This document shows positions 41,246 through 54,474 of a stretch of 64,000 bases of DNA, one piece after another. Made by a program: the position numbers and the translations under genes. The notes under the pieces were generated by a model that saw only the letters and a program-made list of their open reading frames with translations, was not told the DNA's origin and did not search any database. Source of the stretch: Octopus sinensis (taxonomy: Eukaryota); the NCBI RefSeq assembly GCF_006345805.1, contig NC_043003.1, positions 111,104,001 to 111,168,000 on the forward strand. The letters are read 5' to 3'. Numbering within the stretch: the first letter of the stretch is position 1; every line of letters begins with the position of its first letter.

Positions 41246-43790
41246 ACATATACACCTACATACATACATACAAATATATACATATGCACGACGGGCTATT
41301 TATGTATATATGTGTGCATGTATGTATGTATATAGACACACTCACGCACAATATCTCTGAGAGTATCTATCAGTTTTGCAAATCGATTATATGTTTAAAT
41401 GCATGGGTGTGCATACACGTACATGTCGTATATGTGCCTATGTTACATTATCCACGTATTTGTACCTTACATATAATATATATATATATGTGTGTGTGTG
41501 TCTGTGTGTGTTTGTGTGTGTAATTTATACGTATGTATATATGAGTGTAGTTGTGTCTGTCTCTCTATGTGTGTGCGCGCGCGCGTGTGTGTAAATATAT
41601 ATCTGTGTTTGCGTGTATATTATTTTGTGGTAGTCCACTTAAGTCTCTGTATAAAAGTAGACATAATTCCATAAAGATGGAAGTTGCTATTTGCCTAGTA
41701 GTGCCAAGAAAATATGAACAAGAAAATCATAGTGTGACTGATCTCATTTTGTGCTCTGGATTAGTATTCTACCAGCCACCACTCAATCAGCAACGTTTTG
41801 TATGAAAAAAAAAAGGAAAAAAACTAATATTTGAAAAATACACGTCAAATAAACGCTCAGAGGATAACTAGTGTTAACATTAAATGGTTCGCTTGCCTTA
41901 AATCATAACAATGATTTATTTTCCACTGAAAAATAATTAAATTCTTGTTCAAATAATAATATTATTTTAACAAAAGTATTCAATCTACTTTTATTTGTTT
42001 TTAATTATTTTCAAGTCCATACGATATGAAGCGGCAGAACTAATAGCTTAATTTTACTAATAGCTTAATTTTACTTAATTATCTCGAGAAAATATTCCAG
42101 CTACAATGATCGATTAGTTTGCCTGATTTATTGAAAAGTATGCATTTCTGAGAGTGCGGTAGTTGCAGAACATGTAGCAGCAATTGGAAACGCGCTAAAT
42201 GTATTCTTTCAAAACACAGGAATACCTCCCTATCCTTCAACTGATATTCGACATCGCATTTAGCTGAGTTCAACATATACCTATTCCATGCACGAACACC
42301 GTTGTTCAGGCAGTTATATATATTTTTTACATTGTGCAAAAATTCAATCTTTCATATATTCACTTTCCTTTATTCACATAACAATATATTTCAAGTAACT
42401 GAATGTATAAATTTTAAATTCGGTTTTTACTAGTAACTCTCCCATTGATGTGAGGATGCAAAAGGTATGTTATCGAAAACATTGAAATTATATAATTTAA
42501 TATATACATTTCAATATTGTCTTAATGATTCATATTCTGATTTTTCTCACACACGTCTAAATATAACGTTTTGCGAGCTTTTTTCATAGATGTAATTATA
42601 AAATCAATATAATTATACCTGCTCATTGATTATAACTTGAAAATCCGTACTAAGCATTTAGGTTCATGAATCATACACTTCTAATAGTTTATATCAATCT
42701 TACGGTAATTAATGCTAAGAAACCTTAAATTAAAAAAAAAAACTACTTTCATTTGACGGAGCATTTTGAAATTTGTTAAGGACAAGCCGTCCTTAATCAA
42801 AGCACAGATATAAAAGGATACTAATTTTGATTAGCACTGAAGTGGTTAGCCTAATTAATATGTTTAAGCTTTTTCAGCACTCATTAATATATTTTATATA
42901 TTCACACACCTTATTTAAAACCGGGTGGCTTGAAGCAGATACTCCTGAACTCCATAATGAAAAACATACTTTGCCACCAACTCTTTTTTGTACGATCAAT
43001 TAAAACGTTTGCTAAAATTTGAATAAAGTCAAATGGATTTATTTTCTGGATATGGAGTGGGATAATCCGGTAGTGTTACCAGTATTTAAAAAAAATTTCA
43101 TCGGGGTTCAATGTGTGTATTAATATCACATTCAATAATTCCACAGACACACTAATTATATGTGTGTACACGTGTGTGTATATGAGAGTTTGTGTGTGTT
43201 TTTAGTTTTATGTATGTCCGTTCCTTTACTACGGTAAATGTGTGGTTATTGCGTTCAATGTTAATATGGTCTCAGAATTATAAGGTACAAACAAAAACGG
43301 AGAGAGTGTACTTAATAAATACAAAATCCTTCCGTACTAGTCTACGATACCCGAATATATTCTCTTTTCATCTAGATACCGAACATTTCTAAACCAACGA
43401 ATTAACAGACATAATACCCTTCTATCAACAAAACTAAACGTTAGTAAGCTACCTGTATTTTGCGTAATTTAACCGAGATTTTAGTATAGTGAAATTTTAT
43501 ATACAATCGATTTCATTCAGCATAGCAAGCATATTATTACGGTGACCTGCAAAGAAAGTTTCTTTTTTTTTTAGTAATACACTGTGGTATTATATATTCG
43601 AATTATATTCGCTTTGCGTGAAATAATATTATTTTTAAAGATCTTATATTCTTACATTATGGATCGATGGCAGAGAATTCAATTATGTTGGTTAATATAT
43701 ACACTAATATATATATATATATATATACATATGTGTGTATACATAATATATACTTATATATACACATGTATATATGCATATATTCATATG

Positions 43791-43834
<44 letters not shown>

Positions 43835-44817
43835 CACGTTTGTGTGTGCCTGTGTTTTGATAATATATCATTTTAAAGCCTATTTTCTATTACAATTGAA
43901 CAATACATTTAAAACGAATGAACATTATTGATCATGTCTCAAATTCTCGACAGTTGCATTCGTTTATAGTTATATACATAAGGTTCACGTATATATGCCT
44001 CTTCTATATTTTTGTATAGATATATGTGTATATACGTACATTCACACATGCTAATATGTCTATATGTACACACACAAATGAACAATCAAATAATTCAATA
44101 CTTTGTGTGTGTAACGTAATATCGATATAAAAATCTTTGTTTATTTATCGATATACTTTTCATAGGGGAACTCCTTAATTATATAATATAAAAATCTGAA
44201 CGTCTGGTGACTAAATCTCTATTGGCATATCTCATAACAGAAGTTTATAATTAGCGTTATACATTTCAATTATGGTATGTCTTTGCGAACGTGAATTCAT
44301 TATCTTTCTAAGTATTTTGACGAATATAAATAATTAAATAATAAATGACAGGAACAACATTGAAAGTGACACATACAGTATTGTATTATATTGAAATACA
44401 GACATAAAAGTTAACACCCCATAACAATGTTGAAAGAAAGAAATGAAACAAAAACAACATTTGTGTTCTGTGTACTACTTTTCAGTTTGTAATTATATTA
44501 TGTAACAGCTTTCGATTTTTCATATTTGGTGTTTCCCTGTAATCAAGCCCCACATATGTCAGTTAGTATTGCTTCTGTACATTCCTTGCAGGGGGTAAAA
44601 TATGTTGTAGAAATTGTACATTTCTAGGATGCAATATGCTACGAAGTTTTAATACACTGTTAATTCACTTTCTACGCTATTTCTACTGTGATTTACTTAT
44701 TAAACAATCTTCAAAACCCCAATAGATACAGACACAAATAACTTTCAGATTTATGTTTTCTATTTTTTTCTTTTCTTTTACATAGAAATTTCCACTTGCA
44801 GAAAGCCCGTATGGTGC

Positions 44818-44858
<41 letters not shown>

Positions 44859-44930
44859 AGCTTTACGCCGTTATATATATACACACATGTATACATAAAT
44901 ATATATACACACATGTATACATAAATATAT

Positions 44931-46873
44931 AGAAGTGGGCCATTGAAAAAAAGAAGTGGGCCATTGAAAAAATCAAACTCAACCCCAAAGTGTTATTTTC
45001 ATTTGCGAGGAAACGCAGGGTCACTGTCTCCACTGTAGTTCCTCTAATTGACGAAACTGGCACTCTCCAAGATAATGCCAAATCCATGGCCGAGATACTG
45101 CAGAAACAATACTGCTCTGTTTTCAGCAATCCTGATATGGCCGATCTGGGCTGTATCAGTGATGTCAACCCCCAACACACTATATCGGACATAACGTTTA
45201 GTGCTCCTGATGTCTTAGCGGCGATAAACGAAATAAAACACAATTCAGCAGTAGGCCCCGATAGGTTCCCTGCTTATGTCCTGAAGGTATGTCGACACCA
45301 ACTTGCATCTCCCCTTGCTAATCTGTGGAGAAACTCACTGGATGCTGGCTATATTCCAAAAAACCTTCTGTTCCAGTCTGTTGTCCCAGTTTTCAAAAAG
45401 GGAAACAAGTCCCTTGCAGTGAATTACCGTCCGATCTCACTCACCTCTCATATCATCAAGGTATTTGAGAGGGTGGTGAGATCTCGAATAACCCAATTTC
45501 TGGCATGCAATAGACGGCTGATCTCCAACCAACATGGGTTCCGTAATGGAAGGGACTGCCTAACGCAGCTCCTGCATCACTTTGAGGACATTTTGAGAGC
45601 TTTGGGAGAGGGCTCCAACACCGATGTCATCTACCTTGATTTCAGTAAGGCCTTCGACTGGGTCGATCACAAGATCCTATTGAAAAAACTATCCAACATT
45701 GGTGTCTCTGGAAAGTTACTGAAATGGATCAAGTGTTTCCTGACAGACAGATCTCAACATGTTGTAGTTGAAGGGGTAAAATCAAGCCCAGCCAAAGTCA
45801 GTAGTGGCGTTCCGCAAGGCACTGTGCTGGGCCCACTTCTTTTCATCATTTACATTAATGACATTAATGACATCATCAAGCACAGCAACATAAAAATCTT
45901 TGCAGATGACTCCAAGCTACAGAAGGTCATAAATGAGGCGAGTGACCGGACATGCCTTCAGTCAGATCTACTGGCTGTTATCCAATGGGCAGAAAAAAAC
46001 AATATGCTGCTGAACGAGGATAAATTTGAGCTAATCCACTTTGGAAAAGAGGATGCCCTGAAACTCCCATACTCCCTTCCTTCAGGTGAAACTCTCGCGG
46101 CGTCCAACAACATCAGAAACCTGGGAGTAATTGTGGACAACAACATAAGCTGGGCCACTCATATAAACACCAAAGTTGACATGGCCTGCAGAATGTGTTC
46201 CTGGATTCTCAGAGCTTTCCAGTCGAGAGATATCCACACCATTATCCTTCTCTTCTCCACTTTTGCCCGACCCCACCTTGAATACTGTTGTCCACTGTGG
46301 TCTCCCCACACAATACAAGGTATCATAAAAGTTGAAGCACCTCAAAGGGCAATCACAAAAAAGATAGATGGCATGACAGGCCTCGACTATTGGGGTCGAC
46401 TAGAAAAGCTAAAACTCTATTCTCTCCAACGTCGCCGTGAGCGCTACATCATCTGCATGATGTGGAAAATATTCCATCAGCATTGCCCAAATGATGTTGG
46501 CATCACCTTTAAGGTACATCCAAGGCTTGGACCCCGTGCCATCCGCCCAAAACAAAAATCGCACTCTCATCTCATAACAACAATACGGCACAATTATTTC
46601 ACCTCAATTGGCCCCGCTCTCTTTAACATTACACCAAAACACATTAAAACAGAAACTGACCCTATAGGGTTCAAGAAGTCTTTGGACAGATTCCTTCAAG
46701 AAATCCCGGATAAACCCCCTACACCCGGATATGTCTCTGTAAACAATAACTCTCTACTTGAGTGGGTCATAGTGCCCAAATTCTGAATTGAAAGACTTCA
46801 CCAGGTCTATTAAGTTAGACATGGCCTGGGCCAATAATGGCCGAAACCTATCAAAGTATCAAAGTATCAAAGT

Positions 46874-46875
<2 letters not shown>
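44931..46875 (+). mobile_element. Young 5'-truncated CR1-group LINE (family A)
   Basis: Uninterrupted ORF2 fragment, the 3' stem-loop and a (tatcaaag)x3 tail; tandem 21-bp duplication at the 5' junction. Confidence 0.95.
44954..46786 (+). CDS. LINE ORF2 fragment: complete reverse transcriptase domain and C-terminus, no APE (open from KWAIEKIKLNPKV)
   Basis: NYRPISLTS, QHGFR, YLDFSKAFD, GVPQGTVLGPLLFIIYIND, FADDSK, RPHLEYCCPLWSP and YSLQRRRERY, with no stop or frameshift over about 1.83 kb. It is not expected to be expressed as a stand-alone gene. Confidence 0.9.
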   Translation, partial: KWAIEKIKLNPKVLFSFARKRRVTVSTVVPLIDETGTLQDNAKSMAEILQKQYCSVFSNPDMADLGCISDVNPQHTISDITFSAPDVLAAINEIKHNSAVGPDRFPAYVLKVCRHQLASPLANLWRNSLDAGYIPKNLLFQSVVPVFKKGNKSLAVNYRPISLTSHIIKVFERVVRSRITQFLACNRRLISNQHGFRNGRDCLTQLLHHFEDILRALGEGSNTDVIYLDFSKAFDWVDHKILLKKLSNIGVSGKLLKWIKCFLTDRSQHVVVEGVKSSPAKVSSGVPQGTVLGPLLFIIYINDINDIIKHSNIKIFADDSKLQKVINEASDRTCLQSDLLAVIQWAEKNNMLLNEDKFELIHFGKEDALKLPYSLPSGETLAASNNIRNLGVIVDNNISWATHINTKVDMACRMCSWILRAFQSRDIHTIILLFSTFARPHLEYCCPLWSPHTIQGIIKVEAPQRAITKKIDGMTGLDYWGRLEKLKLYSLQRRRERYIICMMWKIFHQHCPNDVGITFKVHPRLGPRAIRPKQKSHSHLITTIRHNYFTSIGPALFNITPKHIKTETDPIGFKKSLDRFLQEIPDKPPTPGYVSVNNNSLLEWVIVPKF

Positions 46876-46905
<30 letters not shown>

Positions 46906-47025
46906 TACATGTATATATAAAATGTATATATATATAGACATATATACATGAATATATAAATGCATATATATAACATGAATATATATGTATATATATGCAT
47001 ACATATATATGTGTGTGTGTAAATA

Positions 47026-47067
<42 letters not shown>

Positions 47068-47814
47068 TATATATATACAAAAAAATGGACAATATAGAAT
47101 CCGGGCTCACTTTCATATTGAGAGACACCTCAGAAATATTAATTATCCATCTGGAGTGTATACCACAGGCTACTCTGCAGGTCAAGATTTCTTTAAAGTT
47201 TCTGGCTTTAAGGATATTGTGACTGGCCTAGTTCAAGGTCGAACATGACGAGTTCTTATACAGAACTGAGAAAAATGAATGACTGGGGCGATAAGTGCGT
47301 AGATCTTAGAGGGGGTATATGCTGACAAAAATCACAGTTAACTGCGTATTTTATTTTACCCAAACCGAGGAACGATTCATCGTCTCGTGTATATAGACAT
47401 ACGGTAGAGACATGTGGCTAAGAATTTCTTTTTTACAGACCAGTTGAATTGTAACGACCCCGAGTACTGATAGGTTAGTTAGTTGCATCTGCATTCCACT
47501 TCTGGTAATTCTTCATCTATTAATTGCTTTCAACTAACAGTGAAACTGAAATAATAAATCTCGGAATTTACATAAGATGAGTAGACAATATGCATCCGAA
47601 ATCTACTAAGAACTATTACCATGACATTATGAAAAAAACCAAAGAAATAGAAAAATGGGAACCGGTAAAGTATACACTGAATTGGCGTCGTTAGATTGGA
47701 CTTATTTTAAGTGGAAGGTAAAATATTAAGTTTAAAGATTCTTTGCCAATCAATCAACTTCCAATACGTATTGCATTTTTACGTAGTTATAATACTATTA
47801 CGAAATCAAATATT

Positions 47815-48225
47815 GACACACACACATATATTTATATATATACACATATATATTTACACACATATATATATATATATATACATATATACATATACATATA
47901 TATACACATATATATATACATATATACATATATATATATACATATATATATACATATACATATATATACATATACACATATACATATATACATGTATACA
48001 TATACACGTATATATATACATATATACATATACATATTATATATATATATATATATATACATATATACATATATATATATACATATATATATACATATAT
48101 ACATATATATACATGTATACATATATATACATATACATATATATACATATACATACATATACATATATATGCATATACATATATATATAATATACATATA
48201 TATACATATACATATATATATATAG
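47815..48225. repeat. (TACA/TA) compound microsatellite
   Basis: Directly visible. Confidence 0.95.
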
Positions 48226-48254
48226 GATGTCAAGTTAATATCGATCTACATGGG

Positions 48255-48286
<32 letters not shown>

Positions 48287-49312
48287 ATATATATTCGTTT
48301 ATGTATGACTTACTCATGGTAAACCTTTCTTTCTCTCTCGATCTCCCTCCCTCTTTGATTCCTCTTTAGAGAGTGATTTACATATAACTTTATCTCATCC
48401 ACAAGCTCTTAATATAAATCACATTTTTATTCTCCGCATATCACCCCTCTCTATTTCTACCTCTCTCTTTCTCTTTCTTCTTCGTTCACTCCATCTCCTT
48501 CTCTTTTCACCCTCTTTACCCCTCTCTCCGCCACGCTAGCTCACTCACTCCTCATCTCTTCCCTTCACCCCTCTCTGTGTGCGTAACATTGATCAGCTAT
48601 ATATGTGAATATATTTTTAGTACGGCGTGTGATGAGTCTATAATGACCCACTAGGAGAGATGTCTGAATGAAATAAAGTCAGATCGAACAAATATATTGA
48701 TTTTTAGGCAAAATCTATTACTGTATGAATAATTCTTGATATAAATCGAAGGAAGAATGTGCATTCATTCTACAATTTGCTCTATTTCTCCCCACTCTTC
48801 CAGTTTCTCTGTAACATTATATCTCGTTTTGAAATATTAACGGGAATATCTCAAGTTTTGCATTGTTACTTTATATTCAGAGTTCATTAGGAATTATTTT
48901 AAAAGGCCCACTTGAGAATTAACCAACAGATACTTATGTATTCGTATTATACTTTTATATTCCACATTTGCGAACAATAGCGCCGTTGATTTTGTGTGAA
49001 AAGGTAAAATCCCAATTTCATTGCATTTCTGAAGGGGTGTGACGTGAATGTATGTATGTGCAACTTATGTATGTCAATTAAATGTATGTATGTGCAACGT
49101 ATGTATGTCAATTAAATATCACAACGCATTTTCATTGAATGGCCAGTTTTTTTTCTCTCTGAGATATGTGTGCTTACATGTACATATTCATCGTAAACAT
49201 ACATGCACTTATACTTGGGTATATACATTGCATACACGCACACATGTGCATATCTATATGTATATCTATATATCTATATATATATATATATGTATATGCA
49301 TATATATATATA

Positions 49313-49350
<38 letters not shown>

Positions 49351-50479
49351 TATGTGTGTGTGTGTGTATTTGTATGAGTGTGCGTGTGTGCGAGCTTGTA
49401 TATGTGTGTGCCTGACAAAGGAGAGGTGAACAATAATAGGTGCTTGGAATATATTTAATATATTCGTATAATGTGTTACATAATTTTGCATCACATAAAC
49501 AAGCTTTCGCATCTGTTTCGCCGACGTCTTTGAACTGTCGACCTCATTAATCATATTATTCAATTAGATGCAACCATTATAAGACGTCAGTACTTAAATA
49601 TTACATAAGCAAATATAATAGCAATTATCTTGAAACGTAAATATCTACATGGAGCAATCATATTGCTCCAGAGCGTATTTAGCCATCCATTCTAAATATG
49701 GCAGGGTGTGCGTATTGCATACAAAGGCTTATCTATCATAGATCCGATATACTGATATTATAACTGTTCATGAGAATTTTAATTACAATTTTTTTTGTGT
49801 TTTGCACCTAATTGCATAATATGCATAAAACTATCTACAACTTAAGGAATACATCGAAATTACTTTACAGATATATTTATAACACTTACAATTATGTAAC
49901 ATGTCCTCGTAAGTATCTTCATACACACATACACATACACACACATATATATCTTCATATATATATATACGTGCATGTATATCGGTCTATATGTGTGTGT
50001 ATAGATCGATAGATGGATATATAGATAGACAGACAGACAGATAGACAGACAGACAGACAGATAGATAGATAGAGAGATAGATTGATAGATAGGTAGATAG
50101 ATATATATTACATGTCACTTAAAAATTCTTGATAATTGTTTGCGTTAAAGTCGTATTAGCGTTAAGGCATCCAGTATTAAGATGCAATCACTGCTTTGTC
50201 GTCCTTGATAAAAAGATCCCCTGGGTGTCGGTCGTAATTCACATGGCTCTTACGTTGAGCATATCACGATGATTAATATTGTCTTCATCAAAATACGAAA
50301 TAACAATCGGTTATGTACACCGTGTGTCTGTGGTTTTGAGTTAGTTTATCTCTTATCATTAGCAAAAGCACTGCTAGTCACTACCCTGCGTCATTTTTGT
50401 CATTCCTCTCTCTCTCTCTCTGTATATATATATATCTAATTTAATATAAATATATGCGTATATACATACATATATGTAC

Positions 50480-51060
50480 ATACCTACATATATATGTATA
50501 TATACATGCATATATGTGTACAGGACATAAAAACGTAGAACACAATGAGAAACGAAAATATAAAAACAAAAACGTAGAAACTAACTTTTTTTCGAACAAC
50601 GAAAAAACAAACAGAGAAACGAGACATACAACATAAAGAATATTCTCCTACTTCAATTGTGCCTGTTTCATCTACTCTGCGTTTTTCAAAGGCAAGGACA
50701 AGACGGTACTTCGTTGAAACAGTCCTTCTCGCAAAGCAAACTAAATAAAATTTGGAATTCTTTTGCGGGGGTTGAAAGTGGTAACAAGAACAGGACAGTG
50801 AGAACAAACGGTAAAAACAATCGATGAGTGCTGTTAATCCAGGACGATAGAAAAATTATTATGAACGCTTGGAAACGAGCTTATGAAGGAGACAGTGTAA
50901 GCACGTTTTGTCTTTACGAAGGTTGTGGGCAGAAATATAGATTATCTTTCGTCATTAGTCAGCGACGAGAGAGTGGAGGAGAAGGAGGAGTTAAAGATGT
51001 GAAACGGTGAAGAGAAGAATAGGGAAGGGTAGGAGAGAAAACCAGAAAGGATGAAGAACA
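50480..51060 (-). mobile_element. Probable Penelope-like 3' remnant
   Basis: The T-rich tail (tgtacaggacat..gaacacaatgagaaac on +) recurs at 51538-51600. A degenerate hammerhead-like segment gcct-TTGAAAA-A..GAAAC-aggc lies at 50661-50693 (-). Confidence 0.4.
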
Positions 51061-51205
51061 ATAAGGGAGAGAGAGAGATCGAAAGTGATATTTAAGGTAG
51101 AATATAGATAATATATAAGTTACAACATACCTGAAAAAGGATTCGTGGATTTAGATCATATAGTAATATAAATAATATATAAATATATGCATATATATAT
51201 ATATA

Positions 51206-51379
51206 TATAAAATATTATTAGAGACAAAACCACTATTTTGCAAAACAAACAAGGAAAGACTTAATCAATACATAAAATTTTAGTCAAAAATTGACTATTT
51301 ATTAAAATTTTATGTATTGATTAAGTCTTTCCTTGTTTGTTTTGCAAAATAGTGGTTTTGTCTCTAATAATATTTTATA
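51206..51379. repeat. Perfect 77-bp inverted repeat with 20-nt spacer
   Basis: 51206-51282 is the exact reverse complement of 51303-51379; the spacer gtcaaaaattgactatttat contains its own small hairpin. Confidence 0.95.
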
Positions 51380-51456
51380 ATTTTTACTATAAAATTGGAT
51401 TTAATCCTAAATCTGATTTTTTTCCCTGTAAATTTGGATTTATTCCCTAATATTAT

Positions 51457-51503
<47 letters not shown>

Positions 51504-52324
51504 CCTACATATATATGTATATATACATGCATATATGTGTACAGGACATCAAAACCACGTTGAACACAATGAGAAACATAAAAATTAAAAACACAGAGAA
51601 GAAAATACTTACTGTACAAACTATTTACATTTTTGAAATCACATTCAATTAAAAATATTTCTAAATGATCAAAATATTGTGTACGTCGAAAAGTCGACGT
51701 TCTTTTCCCTTAGAGAGCGCGGGGACTATGTGTCTGTATATGTATTGATTGAGAGGCCTTGACATTAATTATGTGCGTTTGAACTTTTTATGTATGTATT
51801 TATGTGTGTTGACGTCACGGAAGCCATGTTTTCGTCAAAAAAGGACAAACGAAAATTGTGTATAATCGTTTTCATTAATAAATAGAGGTCTAAATATCAC
51901 AAAAATTTCTACTACAGAATGTAAGCATGGAAATGCATATGCAAAAGGAATTCAGATAAAATAATACTGTTTCTGGAATATTTTCGGTACCGAAAGACAT
52001 CTCTAGTGTTTTAGTAATATTGAGATGATTTTAAATGGTAATCGTAATTTCATATAATCGATTATTGAAAAGACCGTTAGTTGAAAGGACCAATGAAACA
52101 AAGCCATTTTCAAATGTGTATCTGTCATAGTAAGGAGATATTTATGCAAACAACCATATGTTGCCCCATTCTAAACTAATAATGTACGACGAACGGGAAC
52201 GTGAAAATCTGAGTAGTTGTTTTTGTGACGTCTTTGCAGGTTTTTTAATAAAACATATTAGCCTACGTTCGGTATTTGAGTACCATCTTTTCCACCTTGT
52301 ATCGCTTCTATGTGTTTACTTTGG

Positions 52325-52405
<81 letters not shown>

Positions 52406-52558
52406 GCGTGTATGTATGTATATATGCATGCATATAGGTAGTTAGGTATAACCATACACACACTTAGGTATAGGTTCATATAGATATATATAGATATACG
52501 TACAAGATATATACGGTGACGAGAGGGAAATCTCTCTCTCTATATATATATATATATG

Positions 52559-52621
52559 TGGCCGCAGTTTAATGATGAAAGATTAAACTGCGAGTAAACT
52601 TTCATCATTAAACTGCGGCCA
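52559..52621. repeat. Perfect 23-bp hairpin at the 3' end of a SINE
   Basis: tggccgcagtttaatgatgaaag / ctttcatcattaaactgcggcca with a 17-nt spacer. Confidence 0.9.
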
Positions 52622-52767
52622 TACTGAGGCACCTGATTGAATATTTTTCTTAGTCGAATGAATCGACACCAGTGATTACTTTTTAGGCCTGGTACTCATT
52701 CTATCGGTTTATTTTGCCGAACTGCTAATTTGCTGTGACGACACACACACAAACACACACACATAAA

Positions 52768-52807
<40 letters not shown>

Positions 52808-52895
52808 CAGGCTATAGTAGAAAACACTTGTGTAAGGTGTCGCGCAGTGGGACTGAACCCGGAACCATGTCGTTGGGAAGCAAGCTTTTTGCACA
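52600..52895 (-). mobile_element. Main SINE copy with internal deletion
   Basis: Reverse complement has ggttccgggttcagtcccactgcg, aagtgttttctactatagcc and a tail ggtgcctcagtatggccgcag. Confidence 0.75.
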
Positions 52896-52913
52896 CCCCC
52901 ACTGTGTGTGTTT

Positions 52914-52971
<58 letters not shown>

Positions 52972-53544
52972 CTTTCATCCGATGATAAAATTTTATAGAC
53001 AAGTTTATTTTCGCTTCTTTTGCTCATTGATACAGCCAAATTGCGGTGTCGGTAGAAGAGAAATATGACGTTCACCAATATCGATATTAAGTGATTCGGA
53101 CACATTATCGGCATTTTCACACATACAGCTGCGACGTTCACGTCTATTTATAAAAGTCATAATAATTTGGCAACCAAGTGTGTCTACACTTCCAAATTGT
53201 ACTCTAAATGACACTGCTCAATTTGAATGTGTGGATGTGCGTGAGCGTCTGTGTGTATGTGCGTACGTATTAAATTCTACTATCAATCATTTCTTAGTTA
53301 TGCAACCATTTTTCTAGCATCAAATTTTCACAATATCTATTGATAATTAATATTTCCTTAGCTTTTATCTATATTTAATTTCCTAAATAGGTAAGAAATA
53401 ATTAGAAATTAGGAAGACTTTCACCGCTCACGTTCGCTCTCTCTCTTTCTCTCTCTCTTTATATGTATATATATACATATATATATTTGTGTGCGTTTGT
53501 GTATATATATATTTATATATATTTGTGTGCGTTTGTGTATATAT

Positions 53545-53596
<52 letters not shown>

Positions 53597-53604
53597 AACA
53601 TATA

Positions 53605-53648
<44 letters not shown>

Positions 53649-53651
53649 ATA

Positions 53652-53948
53652 GGCGCAGGAGTGGCTGTGTGGTAAGTAGCTTGCTAACCAACCACACGGT
53701 TGCGGTTCAGTCCCACTGCGTGGCATCTTGGGCAAGTGTCTTCTGCTATAGCCCCGGGCCGACCAATGCCTTGTGAGTGGATTTGGTAGACGGAAACTGA
53801 AAGAAGCCTGTCGTATATATGTATATATATATGTATGCGTGTGTTTGTGTGTCTGTGTTTGTCCCCCTAGCATTGCTTGACAACCGATGCTGGTGTGTTT
53901 AGGTCCCCGTCACCTAGCGGTTCGGCAAAAAGAGACCGATAGAATAAG
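53652..53948 (+). mobile_element. Main SINE, 3'-truncated
   Basis: ggcgcaggagtggctgtgtggtaagtagc.. with an intact A-box and B-box; near-identical to the 35.7 kb copy. Confidence 0.9.
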
Positions 53949-54074
53949 CAATATTTTGTAAGTAAAATAATTTACAATTGCCGAAGCTCTCATCAGCAGG
54001 AAGCCAAGATTAACATATAAAATACATACATATACACACACAAACACACAAGCACACACACACACATAGAAATA

Positions 54075-54385
54075 GGCACAGTCGTGGCTTTGTAATTAGA
54101 AGTCTTCTGCAGCGCTTCGTGCCGATCAAAGATTTGTGAGTGGATTAGGTAGACGGTAACTGAAAGAAGCCAGTTGTTTTTATGTGTACTATGTGTGCTT
54201 GTGTGTGTGTGTCTGTTTGTAGTGTGTGTAGTGCTTGTATGTATGTGCATATGTGTCTGTTCCCCACTACTGCTTGACAACTAGTGATGATGTGCATGTC
54301 CTCGCGTCCCCTTAACTTAGCAGTTGGTCCATAGAGGAGGGATTGAACGCGTACTAGCAGGCTTCAAAATAAGTAATGGGATCGG
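54075..54385 (+). mobile_element. Older diverged main-SINE copy
   Basis: ttgtgagtggatt.ggtagacgg.aactgaaagaagcc core and tgcttgacaac body. Confidence 0.65.
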
Positions 54386-54440
54386 TTCGTTCGTTTAAAA
54401 TTCTTCAAATTCTTTCAAATGATTGAAAGAAACAAACGTA

Positions 54441-54474
<34 letters not shown>

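Noticed and set aside
47096-47248. Protein-like frame HFHIERHLRNINYPSGVYTTGYSAGQDFFKVSGFKDIVTG
   Set aside because: No family recognised, poor acceptor, and other frames are also largely open.
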